A stretch of DNA of 64,000 nt, from the NCBI GenBank assembly GCA_040954595.2, contig CM082586.2, positions 8,463,337 to 8,527,336 of the forward strand, read 5' to 3'. The stretch is from Balanoglossus misakiensis. Lineage: Eukaryota > Animalia > Hemichordata. Each line of letters begins with the position of its first letter. The stretch's first letter is position 1. A model generated the notes under the pieces. The model saw only the letters and a list, made by a program, of their open reading frames with translations, made no database searches and was not told where the DNA came from. Made by a program: the position numbers and the translations under genes. This document shows, piece after piece, positions 21,704-36,700 of this stretch.

Positions 21704-24700
21704 TTAAACCTCTTCATCAAGGTCTTCGACGGCGATCCGTGACACACCACTGCGCCTCCTAAAGGCAGGCCTCGCCCCGGCTGTGTTGACGTCAGCTGCA
21801 CCGCCACTAGACGTAGTACTGGTCGACGCCACATTCTGCATCGATAAGGCAGAATTAGAAACTTTCGCTTGGTCGCACGCGGAGGCGTTTCTCTCGCAGC
21901 GGCTCCTGCAAGGCACCATGTCCGAGAAACGCTCATCTTCGTCGTCAGTATTGTAGGGACTGAACGATATTTCATCGGGGTCGTCATCACCATCACCGCA
22001 GAAATGGGAACGGATTGATTTCAGGACCTTAAAAGCACAACAAAGAATAATGAACGGTTTCACAGTTAATCCGATCACCCATATCCATCTTTCGTGTACA
22101 TCACTGACCATCTGCATGTACATGTACCTCAGTACACATCCCCTGATCTAGTTTTACAAAAGCTTGTAAACAAACAAACAAAGAAGGGGAAAAATCAAGA
22201 TTTCATTAATTGATAACGTCTGCTCTACATTTATATGGTAAGAACGTAGTAAATACATTTGTAATCGAATTTTGATGTTTAGACTGTAGAATAATGTGAA
22301 AGCCGAACATTTAATTATATTGACTCAAATGATGATCCAAAAGAAAAAAAAAGGTAAGTATGATTTGCGTGGTACGTAATGTCTTGATCAGTAATAATTG
22401 TAAGAAAAGAATGTATGTTACTTACAACTTTATTGGTGGCTAAAAATCCGAGGTAGCAGATTGAACCCTGTCAATGACAAAACAGGAATAATTTAAGATA
22501 GTTAAATGACCAGGGTTGGACAACAGTTTTATATGGTATAGGTGTCTTTCTATCTGTTGCAGGTATGGGTCCCATATGACACAGTTTCTAGCAAGCTAAA
22601 GTAGGCTCAAAGTGTAACTGCTATGTGCACATAATCGCAAACAAAACAGAGTGGTTGTTACTTTGTATTACACTCTATCATGCCAATGCGTCGTTACTTT
22701 TTATCACATTTCCTATATGTTGTGGTATAAAATGTATCGCTTTTCGCTGAATAGTGAGAACAAAGGTTAGAGTGTGTTTGTAAACATAACAAGTCGCACA
22801 TGTGCAGTAGAGACGACACTTCTCCATTAAAATGCAGTGGCTCTGAACGTGTCTTGGGGTATTCATATGTATCACTATAGACGTTGAAATTATGGGACCT
22901 GCGGACCAACATACAATGCTCGCAATACACACTGGCTGTTTGAAAAGAGTTAACGTTGCGACCAGATTTGAGCTTATTCCTTTATTGGGGTAGGTGGGGG
23001 GGGGGGTTACAGTTATGAAGGTACTTACGAGGACAAAGCTGGCCATGCCATAGGCGTATCCAAAGACAATGTTTCCCTTTAGACCCTGGAGGCCTACTGT
23101 CCAAGTTGCCGGGAACGTCGGTACGACGAGGCAAATACGAAGGAACTCGTCCCTGAAATTTAACAGTAAAAATGTTTTTTTTTTTATTGTGCATGCGGAC
23201 AGGTTGTTCTCAACTACAGAAAAAAAACACGTGTGGCCAGGCGCTTAATCTGAAATGTGTTTTTCAGTTCATCGTGGTAAAGTAATTCAGTCGTGTGCCC
23301 GTGTTACGTCACGCAAAAGTATCACAGAAAGGAAAAGAAAAGAAAAGAAAAGAAAAGAAAAGAAAAGAAAAGAAAAGAAAAGAAAAGAAAAGAAAACACG
23401 AAAATTTTAACCCACCATAGAATATACCGCAATCCGGATCCATATGTACATATCAAGTGGTCATACTTGAACCACATATAAACAGTCAAAGTGCAACTTA
23501 TCTGAAAAAGAATGTTTGAAAAGTATTGTTTGTACACACGACATTAAGCACATGTACAAAAGACGATCTTCGGCATATAAGGCTTTCTCTCATGATTCAT
23601 TATCTACTAAAGTATTTTTTCATACCAATGCTAAGCCTGCAGCCGGGGTGACAATTGCCAGGTAAAGGTTCATCGAATTAGACACCCAGCAGCTGAAAGA
23701 GAATAACATGGGGTTATCAACAACAACGATAAAATCGATGTTTTGTGGTGATAAGTCCGAGTTGGTACATCGGTATCACATATAATATACTATACTATAA
23801 ATGTCATAGTCATTTAAAAAAAATAAAACTTTTACTTTGTGTACATTGGGCGTGCACAGCCTTGTGTCAAAAGTCAAAAGGCCATACGGCAGTATTTTGA
23901 CTCACTTATGTGCTGAGCCGTAATCGCTCCGCCATGTCAATACAGAAGGCACGACAGCTGACAGTGGCAGTATCCATCCGCACAAGGCATAACACGTCCT
24001 GCAAGATAAAGACGGCAACGAACTTTTAGACAAAAGCATACAGCAGAAGGAAGACGAAAACACGGACACAATTTTAGATTTTTTCGCGGTTCCATTGCAT
24101 TTTCACGATTTGACAACCTGGTACGTGGTCACAGTACAAATTTAATTGAAGTGCTCTTTCATCAAAATGTTCGTAATATATGTAATTCAATCATCACAGC
24201 AGTAAAGGGAATACATTATCACCTATGCAAATTTAGCAAAAGGTTGCCATTGAAATTGGAGATCTAGCCAATCACAGATTTTCAGTGGCTGAACTGATCA
24301 CGCTATAAGAACACTCAGACACGCCAATTATAGACCATGAGCCAGTAGGGGTTTACCTCCCCCCCCCGGGGGAATTTTCGAGACAATGTTTTTCTGAAAG
24401 CCTATCATATACTGAGTAAAATTCACTTTGTTTGCCATCTGGGCACCGGGGCGTTTTCGAGTTATTGGCTTCTAAATTATATTGGCTAACGTATGTAGGA
24501 AAGCCTAAAAGTGCGTATAAATTGACGTAGGGGGGTAAATTAGTCTTGTAAAATGCTGTCTCTCTGAACGTATACCTCGAACAACAGGGATGTATTTGGT
24601 ATCAAAAGAAAGCTTAATAAACAAGCTTTCCATTAATTACAAAATAAAAGTGATATGACTAATCATGACATCATAGTGACGTCATAAGTCAAAATACCCT

Positions 24701-27700
24701 TACGAAAATGGTGTTCTGTTCACCTATAAATGTGAGGTTTTGCAAAACATGTCTCTGTGCAATTGTACTGATGAAAACTTATGAAAACTGTGATGTGTTT
24801 GGTATCAACAGAAAGCTGATTGAGTAAAGTATCTAATTATTGCAAAAAATTGATATAATAATCAATTACGTCATCATTACGTCATACTTCCAAGTACCCT
24901 TACCAATTAGTGACTATGATGACAAGTTATTACCCTAGGAGATAGGTGCCTTTAAATAAAAAAATTGGTAAGGAAGGTTTGTGAAGTCCATTCTATGTAA
25001 AAAATGGTGCTGATTCCAAAAAAGTCAGTCTTATTGACCCCACCCAAGAAAAAATTGCCATTTTGGCACTTTTTAACCCAAAAAAGGTCATTTTTAGAAA
25101 ACACTAAAAACACACTGTTTTCGTCACATTCGAAGATCTGATGACATATGATATGCCTATTCTATGTAAAATTTGGTTGATATTACGAAAAAAGCAGTCT
25201 GACTGACCCCACCCAAGAAAAAATTGCCATTTTGGCACTTTTTAACCCAAAAAAGGTCATTTTTAGAAAACACTAAAAACACACTGTTTTCGTCACATTC
25301 GAAGATCTGATGACATATGATATGCCTATTCTATGTAAAATTTGGTTGATATTACGAAAAAAGCAGTCTGACTGACCCCACCCAAGAAAAAATTGCCATT
25401 TTGGCACTTTTTAACCCAAAAAAGGTCATTTTTAGAAAACACTAAAAACACACTGTTTTCGTCGCATTGGAAGATCTGATGACATATGATATGCCTATTC
25501 TATGTACAATTTGGTTGATATTACGAAAAAAAGCAGTCTGACTGACCCCACCCAAGAAAAAATTGCCATTTTGGCACTTTTTAACCCAAAAAAGGTCATT
25601 TTTAGAAAACACTAAAAACACTGTTTTCGTCACATTCGAAGATCTGATGACATATGATATGCCTATTCTATGTAAAATTTGGTTGATATTACGAAAAAAG
25701 CAGTCTGACTGACCCCAAACGAGACAGAATTGCCTTTTTGACCATTTTTTGCCCAAAAACGTCATTTTTAGACAAAACTTAAAACACACTCTACTCTTCA
25801 TATTGATTGATTTGATGATATATGGAAAGTCAATTCTATGTGTAAAGTGGTGACTATAAAACATAAAGCAGTCTTTTTGACCCCAATCAATACAAAAATG
25901 CCATTTTTGGCCACATTTTTGAGGTCAAAAAGGTCATTTTTACAAAAAAAGTAAAAACAAACTGTTTTCTTCATATTCAGAGATCTGATTATGTATGAAA
26001 AGTCCATTCTATGTAAAAAAAATCTGATTGACCCCATTCTAGTCAAAATTGCGTTTTTGGCAATTTATTGCCTAACAAGACCTACTTAAGACAAATTTAT
26101 CATTTTAAACATTTTCTAGAGAAAAAAATGTTTGCATTTGGAGATAGCCCAAATTGAACTCATAATGATGATGAAACAGCGTCGAGAGTAAAAGAAGTTA
26201 TACGAATTGAACCAAAGTCGCATCGATGAATCTAAACATGTCGCCCAGGACCAAGCATTAAACATGATACAGGCGACAAAAAGACAGGCACTGCACATGG
26301 CAAAGTCCCAAATATTCACTTAGAGCATCTCCAAATTGAAACGTCAAGGAATTTAAGAGTTTTTAGTATATTTATTAGGTTTAAACCCACATTTTCCCTG
26401 TTGTGTGCTAGTTCAGGGGCCAGTTTTAGCTCTATTGAGTATTTAGCATCGTGGGATTGCACCCCTGTCCAATCAAAATGACGGAGGTATCATGATATAA
26501 TATAATTTCTGATTTTGTATTCCGAACGAAGAGGATAAATGTCAACAATCTATCCGGAGCTGGTATAGATGTACATAAAAAAAATTATACCATGTATAAC
26601 CGACTTATAGTATACAGTGTGAATACATGGATCGTCTCGTTTTATTGTTGAGATCCATTTTAGGCTAAATGTGCCAAATTGTGGCAACTCTGCCTTTCAA
26701 TATCATCAATTCAACTGATATCATATGGTATGACATTTTAAATATGCAAATATAACATCAAAACTCAAAAGGCAAAAAACACCAATTATTTTGTTTTCTG
26801 AAAAAGACAATTGTTGACTAGAAGATGGCTTAGTGGCAATTTTGTATTGAGTGGGGTCTTAATAAGACTGTTGTGTTGGTATCAGCATATTTTTTGCAAA
26901 ACATGGACTTTCCATTCATAATCAAACATTTAAATACGAAGAAAACAGCTTGTTTTCATTTTTTCTTGAAATGACCTTTTTGACAAAAAATGGCCAAAAT
27001 GACAATTTTGTAGGGCTGAAAAGAATTTTTTTTGGAATCGGCTCCCTTTCAACAAAAATGGACCTTCTCCGTACATCATAAGATCTCTGAAAATAAAGAA
27101 AGAAGTTTCAAACAGTTACCTTTTTGAGTAAAGTGGCCAAAATGGCATTTTTTCCCTCTGTGGAGTCAGTAAGAGTGCTTTTTTTGGAAAAATCGCTACT
27201 TTTAAGATAGAATGGACTTTTATTTATTATTAGTTGCAAACATTTTTTTTCTCTAGAAAATGTTTAAAATGATAAATTTGTCTTAAGTAGGTCTTTTTAG
27301 GCAATAAATTGCCAAAAACGCAATTTTGACTAGAATGGGGTCAATCAGATTTTTTTTTACATAGAATGGACTTTTCATACATAATCAGATCTCTGAATAT
27401 GAAGAAAACAGTTTGTTTTTAGTTTTTTTTGTAAAAATGACCTTTTTGACCTCAAAAATGTGGCCAAAAATGGCATTTTTGTATTGATTGGGGTCAAAAA
27501 GACTGCTTTATGTTTTATAGTCACCACTTTACACATAGAATTGACTTTCCATATATCATCAAATCAATCAATATGAAGAGTAGAGTGTGTTTTAAGTTTT
27601 GTCTAAAAATGACGTTTTTGGGCAAAAAATGGTCAAAAAGGCAATTCTGTCTCGTTTGGGGTCAGTCAGACTGCTTTTTTCGTAATATCAACCAAATTTT

Positions 27701-30700
27701 ACATAGAATAGGCATATCATATGTCATCAGATCTTCGAATGTGACGAAAACAGTGTTTTTAGTGTTTTCTAAAAATGACCTTTTTTGGGTTAAAAAGTGC
27801 CAAAATGGCAATTTTTTCTTGGGTGGGGTCAGTCAGACTGCTTTTTTTCGTAATATCAACCAAATTGTACATAGAATAGGCATATCATATGTCATCAGAT
27901 CTTCCAATGCGACGAAAACAGTGTGTTTTTAGTGTTTTCTAAAAATGACCTTTTTTGGGTTAAAAAGTGCCAAAATGGCAATTTTTTCTTGGGTGGGGTC
28001 AGTCAGACTGCTTTTTTCGTAATATCAACCAAATTTTACATAGAATAGGCATATCATATGTCATCAGATCTTCGAATGTGACGAAAACAGTGTGTTTTTA
28101 GTGTTTTCTAAAAATGACCTTTTTTGGGTTAAAAAGTGCCAAAATGGCAATTTTTTCTTGGGTGTGGTCAATAAGACTGACTTTTTTGGAATCAGCACCA
28201 TTTTTTACATAGAATGGACTTCACAAACCTTCCTTACCAATTTTTTTATTTAAAGGCACCTATCTCCTAGGGTAATAACTTGTCATCATGGTCACTAATT
28301 GGTAAGGGTACTTGGAAGTATGACGTAATGATGACGTAATTGATTATTATATCAATTTTTTGCAATAATTAGATACTTTACTCAATCAGCTTTCTGTTGA
28401 TACCAAACACATCACAGTTTTCATAAGTTTTCATCAGTACAATTGCACAGAGACATGTTTTGCAAAACCTCACATTTATAGGTGAACAGAACACCATTTT
28501 CGTAAGGGTATTTTGACTTATGACGTCACTATGATGTCATGATTAGTCATATCACTTTTATTTTGTAATTAATGGAAAGCTTGTTTATTAAGCTTTCTTT
28601 TGATACCAAATACATCCCTGTTGTTCGAGGTATACGTTCAGAGAGACAGCATTTTACAAGACTAATTTACCCCCCTACGTCAATTTATACGCACTTTTAG
28701 GCTTTCCTACATACGTTAGCCAATATAATTTAGAAGCCAATAACTCGAAAACGCCCCGGTGCCCAGATGGCAAACAAAGTGAATTTTACTCAGTATATGA
28801 TAGGCTTTCAGAAAAACATTGTCTCGAAAATTCCCCCGGGGGGGGGGAGGTAAACCCCTACTGGCTCATGGTCTATTAAGCCATTTGCAGGCATATAGCA
28901 ATTAGGGTCGGCTGTATACATGTACCTCTATGGTACACCTGTAATATGCATAATTTCTCAGAACACTTGAATTGTCCACAGGTGGTATATACTCGGCAAC
29001 ACTCACTTCGCGTAGAGGTTCTTGTGCACGCCAAACCGCAGCTTCAAAAAGTGCTGCAGGCAAAAGTTGAAAATCCAAGCGCTGCAGCTGGTCAACACGT
29101 AGTGGTGGATTATGGCCACAATCCGGCACATCATCTGTAAAATGGCGGAAACTCGTGAAGGGTATAACGATACTATTGAACTTGACCAGTACCGTGAAAA
29201 ATCGACTGCACATCAATTGCTTTATCATACAAAACATTGGCTCATCTTTGTGCTTCGCTTTGGAATCGCTTTGAGGAGGACCTCTGTCTCTAACATGCAG
29301 TGTTCTGCATGCTGAGGTATTCGCGGAGCTTGTCGTTGATGGCAGCCTTCCTTAGAACATCAGGCGACGAAAACTCTGCCGTTAAAGTTATTAAAATAAG
29401 CACTCCTATGGCATAAAAGGGGTATTATGCCCACATGCCACACTGTGGGATGTTGTGTAAAAATGACTTGTCCTGACATGTGTTGCCAGATTTACATGTG
29501 GCTACGGGAGCTTCAAATTGTAACAGTCCTTCACGACACCCTATAAAACCAACATAAACGTAGAGTGCGGGAGCTGATGATATTTACCGTTTCTGCATCC
29601 GCGTTCAGAGCTGTGATCACCGTGATGAAGTAGAGTGACAGCGACAAAGTCACGCCAGTACATACGAAGTAGTGGTCCGTGGTGATTCTGTTAGAAAGTA
29701 TGACAGTTAACAATGAGTAAGTAACATTTTCAATCAAGAAGAAAATACCTTGAGGTTTTACCAACTGCGGAATAGTATTATAGATTCTGAAATAACATCT
29801 CGAAGACGTGTCACATAATACCGGTGCGATGACCACTTTCCATAACTTAATGCTGTGTTGCATTGCAGAATAGGGATAATATCCCCCCTCCCCAATATAT
29901 GAATATACTGTGGTTGATATCTTAGCATCCGCACGAGGCTTAACTATGCTGCTGGTTCACCCACCCTTGCCAAATATCATTCTGTACATTATTTAGTTTA
30001 TTAAGATACCTTCTGAAGCACAGCGCTATGAATGTAAACATGGACAGGAATGCAGCTAGAGCAACCAATAGGAGAAGTATGGCCCTCAAAGCGTAATCAG
30101 GGAAAGGCTGGTGTAAAGATACAAAATGAGAATTAAGATTTATATTAAGAGTTAACGAACTATTGATACTAATCTCATGTCATGACGTATGATACATACT
30201 GTAGGATGTGTTTTCAAAGCTTATGTACAAGTGTGGCACCTTGAACTTATATGGTATCTCTTTCAGGGAATAACCATTAAATTTCTTCGGGTGGGGTACG
30301 GGGTTTGTGTATGTCAGCATTTTTTCAGTCGCAATATTTATTCTATTGCAAGTCCACCCTTTTTTTCCTCAAGGCACTGCAGAAGGATTTTTTTCTCTGC
30401 ACCATCTGTCAAAAATGCCCCCCCCCCCTCAGGAAATCAAATGGTCCTCCCCTTATTTGGAATGTTAACTGAAATGCATCACCGCACAAATGAGAGCAAA
30501 CGGAAAACTGCCAATCTTAATTTTGTCTTACAGTGGGCATTTTTCCCATAGTGGTCACCACTGCTACGCTGCCCTCTTTGTCACACTTGCACGTAGTAAC
30601 ACCGCTTGCTGTGTTGCTGTCCACCACCCAGCATGCATCGCTTTTCCATACCCTGTAGCAATTGGAACATAACACACACACACAATCTCATGACCGAGTA

Positions 30701-33700
30701 ATTGACATGTGAACTTTTGTTTTCGTTGATATACTTTATACGAGGAAGATTATCTTAGAAGAATCAAACGGCTGACTCCTTAGCCATGGACTCAACGTTA
30801 ACAGCGTTAAATACTCTTTATAAACATGATGGTCATGACAACAGACATAACCCAATGTCAAAGAACATGTTTGATATACAACTTACTGTGCAGGATTGCC
30901 ATATACCATGGATAGACACTTGCCGTTATATCCATCCTAAACAGACAGAACACGAGACATGGCGTTATGGTAAAGCCTTAATGAGAATATTTGTGCGAGT
31001 TAACCAATCGCATCAAGGGTGTTTCCCCATTGGCCTCGGTTTGAGTTGTGGGGGCTAGGCTTTATGAAAAGGGTTCATTCTGTCTTGGAAATTAGCATAA
31101 TATGATCGCATGATATGAAACTGAATGTTGATATTCTGAAGAAAAGCCAGCTAACAGTAAGACCGAGAAGGGTAAATTTACCTCCTTGTGGTACAACACA
31201 AATGTCAGTGGTTCCTGGAGACTGTTCTGTTGCTCATCCCTGCCGCCATAAATATTGACTGTGACCACGGGGGTGTTCACTCTCTCTACTGTCTCCGTTG
31301 CAGTGATGGAACTTACCCACTGTGCCATTTGTCTGCCAAACAACAAATGGGGTGTCCCCCTCCCACGTAAGAAAATTTTGTAAAATATGTAGCTCAAAGT
31401 TGCATTTTTATGAACTCAAAAGCAAATTATCTCAAAATTTAGGAGGACCAATTTTACTTTTTGCCACTCCACTCAAAGTTAGAAGATTTGGCGTTTATCT
31501 TCGTCATGACATCATTTATAAAACTTTTAGTATATAGAAGATGCAGCACGAAACTATCAGTTATGCGAAATTGTTTAAACGATTATTCTCCTTTATGTAT
31601 TTACTTTGTTAAATATTATCATCAGTGGGGTTGGGGTGGCAAGCACTCTGCCCTGGTACACTAGACAAACCAGCAAAAAATGAAATGTGGCCGAGAATGA
31701 AGGGGTGGGTGTGGGAGGGGGTGTTCCCCCCCCCCCCCCACATTAGAAAATTTTGTAAAATAAACGGCGCGAAATTGCAATTTTGTGGACTAAAAAGCAA
31801 AAGTTCAGTGGCAAAAGTATGTGACCCCCCCCTCTAAACGTTTAAAAAAACAGATGACCCCCCCTTTTGGACTTCAAAATTAAGTGACCCCCCCCCCTGG
31901 ATTTTGCCGCCCCCCCCCCCCCCCGGCCGTAAAAACTGAACGGCCCTTATCACTTTTGGATCATGACACGTTTGGAGTGCAGAGTGGTAACATTTCATGC
32001 GCAGTCCAGTGAGCATGCGTGTAATTTCTGGCGACAAAAATTTGACAAATCAGAACGTACCCTCGGTTGACGCCTGCCGGAAGTATATTATTGGACGGGT
32101 TCTTGTACGCAGTGACAATGACTATGGTGTTATCTAAGCAATTACAATAAAATCAAACGATAAAATTACGGTATAAAGTTTGGCAACTTCAAAAGATGTC
32201 TGGAAAGAAAATGGTGTCTATTATTTGATGGCAAAATGTCGGCCAACCAGCGAGTGGTCTGTCTTTGGGTAGTATTGGACATGGGTGTGTATCGCAAATA
32301 TACCAAATTTTATCTGACATCAATATAAAATTTAAAAAAAATATTTGCTTCATTGTTTCTATTTGCTAAATATAAAATATATAGGCTTGTCTAGGTGAGT
32401 GAAATGTAAAGCAAGCAAAATGCCTCTTCACGTTTCAGCATACGAGAATTCTTGGAGCCGTGAGAGAAGTAACTACGGGTTTTTAATTTAGTCACGTCAA
32501 AGCTCGTTTAGCTGTACGTTATGATTCCTGGGAGCAGTGCCGTTTCTGGAAACACGAAGAGAAAAAGCCAAGAATCCCATGAACCATGTCTGTCGGATGA
32601 AATTACCCAAACAGCTGCGTCACAGTTTATTTGCTTACCTGTGCCACGTGCAACCAAATTCTCCCGGGGAATTATGACCTTGCTTCCCTTTTCGTCAACT
32701 TCGTACCAAATCGATCTTTTCTTTCGTGTTGACGTCGTTTGGCTTGGAAAGACTTCGTCTTCTTCAGTGGATGTCACGATTTTCGCTTCGAATCCTGAAG
32801 AAAGGGTAAGTATTAAAATGAGGACGATAATAGGCAGCACGCACAGTAATTATGACGACAAACAAATTGGCTGGTTCGGAAAGTTCATGGTTAAACTATA
32901 AACACTTTCCCAAATATGTCAGAAAGAATTCATATATGACCATGAACGGAAAGAAGTGATTAAGAAAATACAATGCTGTATAAAAGAGACTAAAAGATGT
33001 ATTCAATGATGGTCTGGCAAATCTGGTTTCACAAACGATCGATCACTATATATTATACACCACAATCTGTTTTAGAGAGTTGGTGCATGAAAATATACAC
33101 TGCTTACCTATGTTTTTACTCCCAATTCTAATATCATTCCTGACTTGTCTGACATAACGATATACATCTTCGCCAAACTGTTTGAGGGATTTAAACAGTA
33201 GGACTGCGCCCGAATTTGGACCACGACTCTGTAAACAACCAGACGTATTTATAATTAACATATATAAGTGATCTACCTCCGTAGCTTTCATTCATATGAC
33301 AATAAAGAAACAACAGCAGGACGTGGGGCGTTGGAACCATATCTTGAACTTGTCTTGAAATATGTTGCATACGGTCGCCGCAATTTTCTGATATCCACAA
33401 ACCAAGAAAACACGGTACAAAACTTGAAGCAGTTCTGAATTGCTTTACATCTCACCTCGTGGATCTGCAACCAAAACGGTTCTTTGTTGGCGTCTAGTAA
33501 CTCACTGGCCAATTCTACTATTTCCTGCAAAAAGAACGGAAAAGAATTGTTATATATTAATAAGTTGCAGTCTTTTGTTACTTTTCGTAAACGCGGCAGC
33601 GATGGTTGCTTGGTACCAATAATTTCAAACATTCTTTATAAAACGGTGGTATCATTCAATGCAATGCAACGATGCGTTAAGCTTCTAATAATCTCGAATA

Positions 33701-36700
33701 TGCTTTTATTTCTGTTTATTAAAAGATTTACCTGGTGGTATATCAAGAAAACACTTATTTATGACAATGCCACGATGTGTTGAGTTGTCTTTTTGAAATG
33801 TAAACACTTTACCCTGATATATGCTTCCTTGTCGCTGGTCGTTCCCAGTAATGACAGCGGAGAAAAATTTATGATATCATTCATCAGGCTGGTAGCTAGC
33901 AATATATCACCAGCATGTGCCCTTTCTAATGAGGCTATGATGTTATTAATTGTCTTCGTGGAATGAGACGTGTCGTTGCCCATGGTGATCTGAAATTTGC
34001 AAATACTGTTTTTATCTCAGGTCACACGCTGTTAATCATTAATGTTGAGACAGGACAGAAGCCTGAGGCTATCATTTGCATGTAGAATGAAAAGTATAAA
34101 GGTAATTGAATGTTGACTGTCGCCCCCTTTAGAAATTAATACCGTTCAAACTAAATCGCCGATTCAAACTATCGATCTGATAGTCAAATGTTTAGGACTT
34201 GTGAAAGATACAAAAAGACACATTGAAGCACGTTTTGCTTGTTGCAATATTTTGGTAAAATATTGAGCTTTTTGGTAATCCGCAACCACTGTATGACTTA
34301 TAGGAGCACCACCTTGAAACATTACTTTTGAAAACTTGACTACAGCCTACCGTATCAGCTGCATTTTGAAGTATTTCCGATCTACATTCCGTCGTATAGG
34401 GTTCCGACCACTTTCCAAATTCGTCACAGAATCGAGTCATTTTTCCTGCAAAAGTATTTGTGGCTCAATAACGGGTATCAACGGAGCGTGACAACGTGAT
34501 TAGGCTGCTCTGTCGATATTGTCAAAACCTAAAACCGTGGAATTTGCCTTTCGCTTGTCCCGTGATCAACATGAGTGTCACAGAAATGTCATCAGAAATC
34601 ATTTGATGATAATTTCTGGATAATTGACAAAGGCACAGTGAAAGTCAATCATACGCAAGGTACAATGTATACACCTCTGGAACTACAACTATTTCGTGGG
34701 CAAATTCGACACATTGCCTAATTGATGTTCGACTCATTGGATGGTAGATTACGGTCGGTCTACTTTAGTACTGAATCACTTCACGATAACACAACATAGT
34801 CGCAAATAACTGATACTGCTGTCTTGATAAGTCGGACGTATACATTCTGAAGCACAACCATACATTGTCATGCTCTCGGCCGAGAATATTATCGAACATC
34901 TCTTTCCTGTCGCTTAACAGAAACAAGGGGCCTAATACACGTAAGATTAAATACTCGTTTCGCCTACTATAGATATCTATGTATATCTTACCGTTAGAGC
35001 CATGTGGACACGGCACCCACTCTGAGCTGCAATTTGACGGCACCGTTTTCCAGAAGGTGTTCGTAGTTTGGTCGGTTTCTTCGGGACATTGAATGGACGT
35101 TTTGGCGGCTGCGGAAACACAAGGTTTAAGTTGCAATAATTTGAAGTCACAAATCTTTTTAATGTACCCTATAGATGTCACTATTCAGTTATTTGTACAT
35201 AATGCATGTCTAGTACACTGCCTGAAAATGTGTAAGGCCCCAATGTCAGGGAATCTACTTAATAGCAAAAACACTTTCTTACCACCCAAATCGCATTGTC
35301 TTTCCAGAAAAGACAAAGGGACGCACACGTTTTCCAGCAAAACGAGTTCCTTAGGACACGTGCACCTGTAACTCCCAATCGTATCGGTGCATTCCATTTT
35401 AGTCACGTGAGGGGAGCAGATACCTGGGTTCTCTGCACATTCGTCTATGTCTGCAAGTGCAATTCAGAGAGAGAACAATTAAAGGGCGACGATCGTCTTA
35501 TGCGCATGTGTCAAACCAGAGACACTGGTTACGAAAATTGTATACAGTCAATGCCGTAAGGAAGTGAGTGTGCTGTCCTAACAACAGACAAGATGGCGGC
35601 GAATACAGTCTGTGGCGGAGATCGGGAAAAGACAGAACATTGGATGGAAAGAAGTGACAAAAGTATAATCTACTTATACATTGCGCATGAAATATGAAAG
35701 GAAGCGATGATAATCCACTATTTGAATGCGTCGAACGCAACACGTGCAGAACATCTGGATTGGACGTTATACACAGGAAATGACGCACATGCGCATATAA
35801 GACGATCGCCGGCTTGTAACGCACAAATGTATCAGAAGTGGCGTATTTCAAGAGACGGCGCTCGCACCTATACTTACTTGTGAATTCTGGGAAGGCAGGA
35901 GACCATCTTCCATCGATGCACTTGACCGTGGACCCTTCCAAACCTGACCGAAAACCACCTTTCTCTGCCCCAATCAGGGAACTCCCATGGGGAAATGTTG
36001 AAATGTATTTCCCACCCGGATTAGGCCTGACAGTGCAAGATTCTGGAGAAAAAAAATAATATCAAAATTACAGAGATTCCGAAAGAAACTGTTAAAATGG
36101 ATGATCGTGGCTTCAAGCAAAAATCCTATGAATTTAAACGTCTTCTTTCCCCATGGTCTGATCACTGTCCCCCTGTGGTCGCCTGCAAGGTGCTATAATT
36201 TAGAATATTTCCGCGGAAACCAACTTTTTTGTTCGAAAAGAGACACTTAGGCCTAACGCACGTTTTGGTGCTTCTTCTGTTGTTGCGATTGACGTTGGTT
36301 CTTCGGCTGTGGATGAGGATCCTATCGTGGTTACCTCTTGTGTTGAAGTGATTTCGACCGTAGTTGAAACTATAACTGAAATAGTCAAACGAGGTGTATT
36401 TATTTGACGCATTATAAGGTTATACATTATTCAAGATAACTTTTTATCATCGCTGTCATGATATTGAGGTCTTCATGATCCAGCAAAGGTATTTCAGTTG
36501 ATTTAATTGTTCATCGATTTTAAAGGGGGTATTATATGAATGTGTTGGGCTGCAAAAGTCATATTTTGTCAATCATAAACGCAACCAGGCACGCATTTTT
36601 CTGCTACCCTTGCAATAAATTGGTGAACAAGGCACCACAACACTGATAGACTTGCTACTTGAACGAAGGAATGGACGACCTAGTACTACATGTCCAGTAA

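Noticed and set aside
21704-22467. Tetraspanin-like reading of the GC..hydrophobic segment
   Set aside because: Upstream exons join in phase to give secretin-family TM3-TM7, so this is the aGPCR tail.
25442-27932. Two identical 140-aa ORFs on opposite strands
   Set aside because: They arise from the inverted arms of the foldback and its 169-bp units, and have no recognisable domain.
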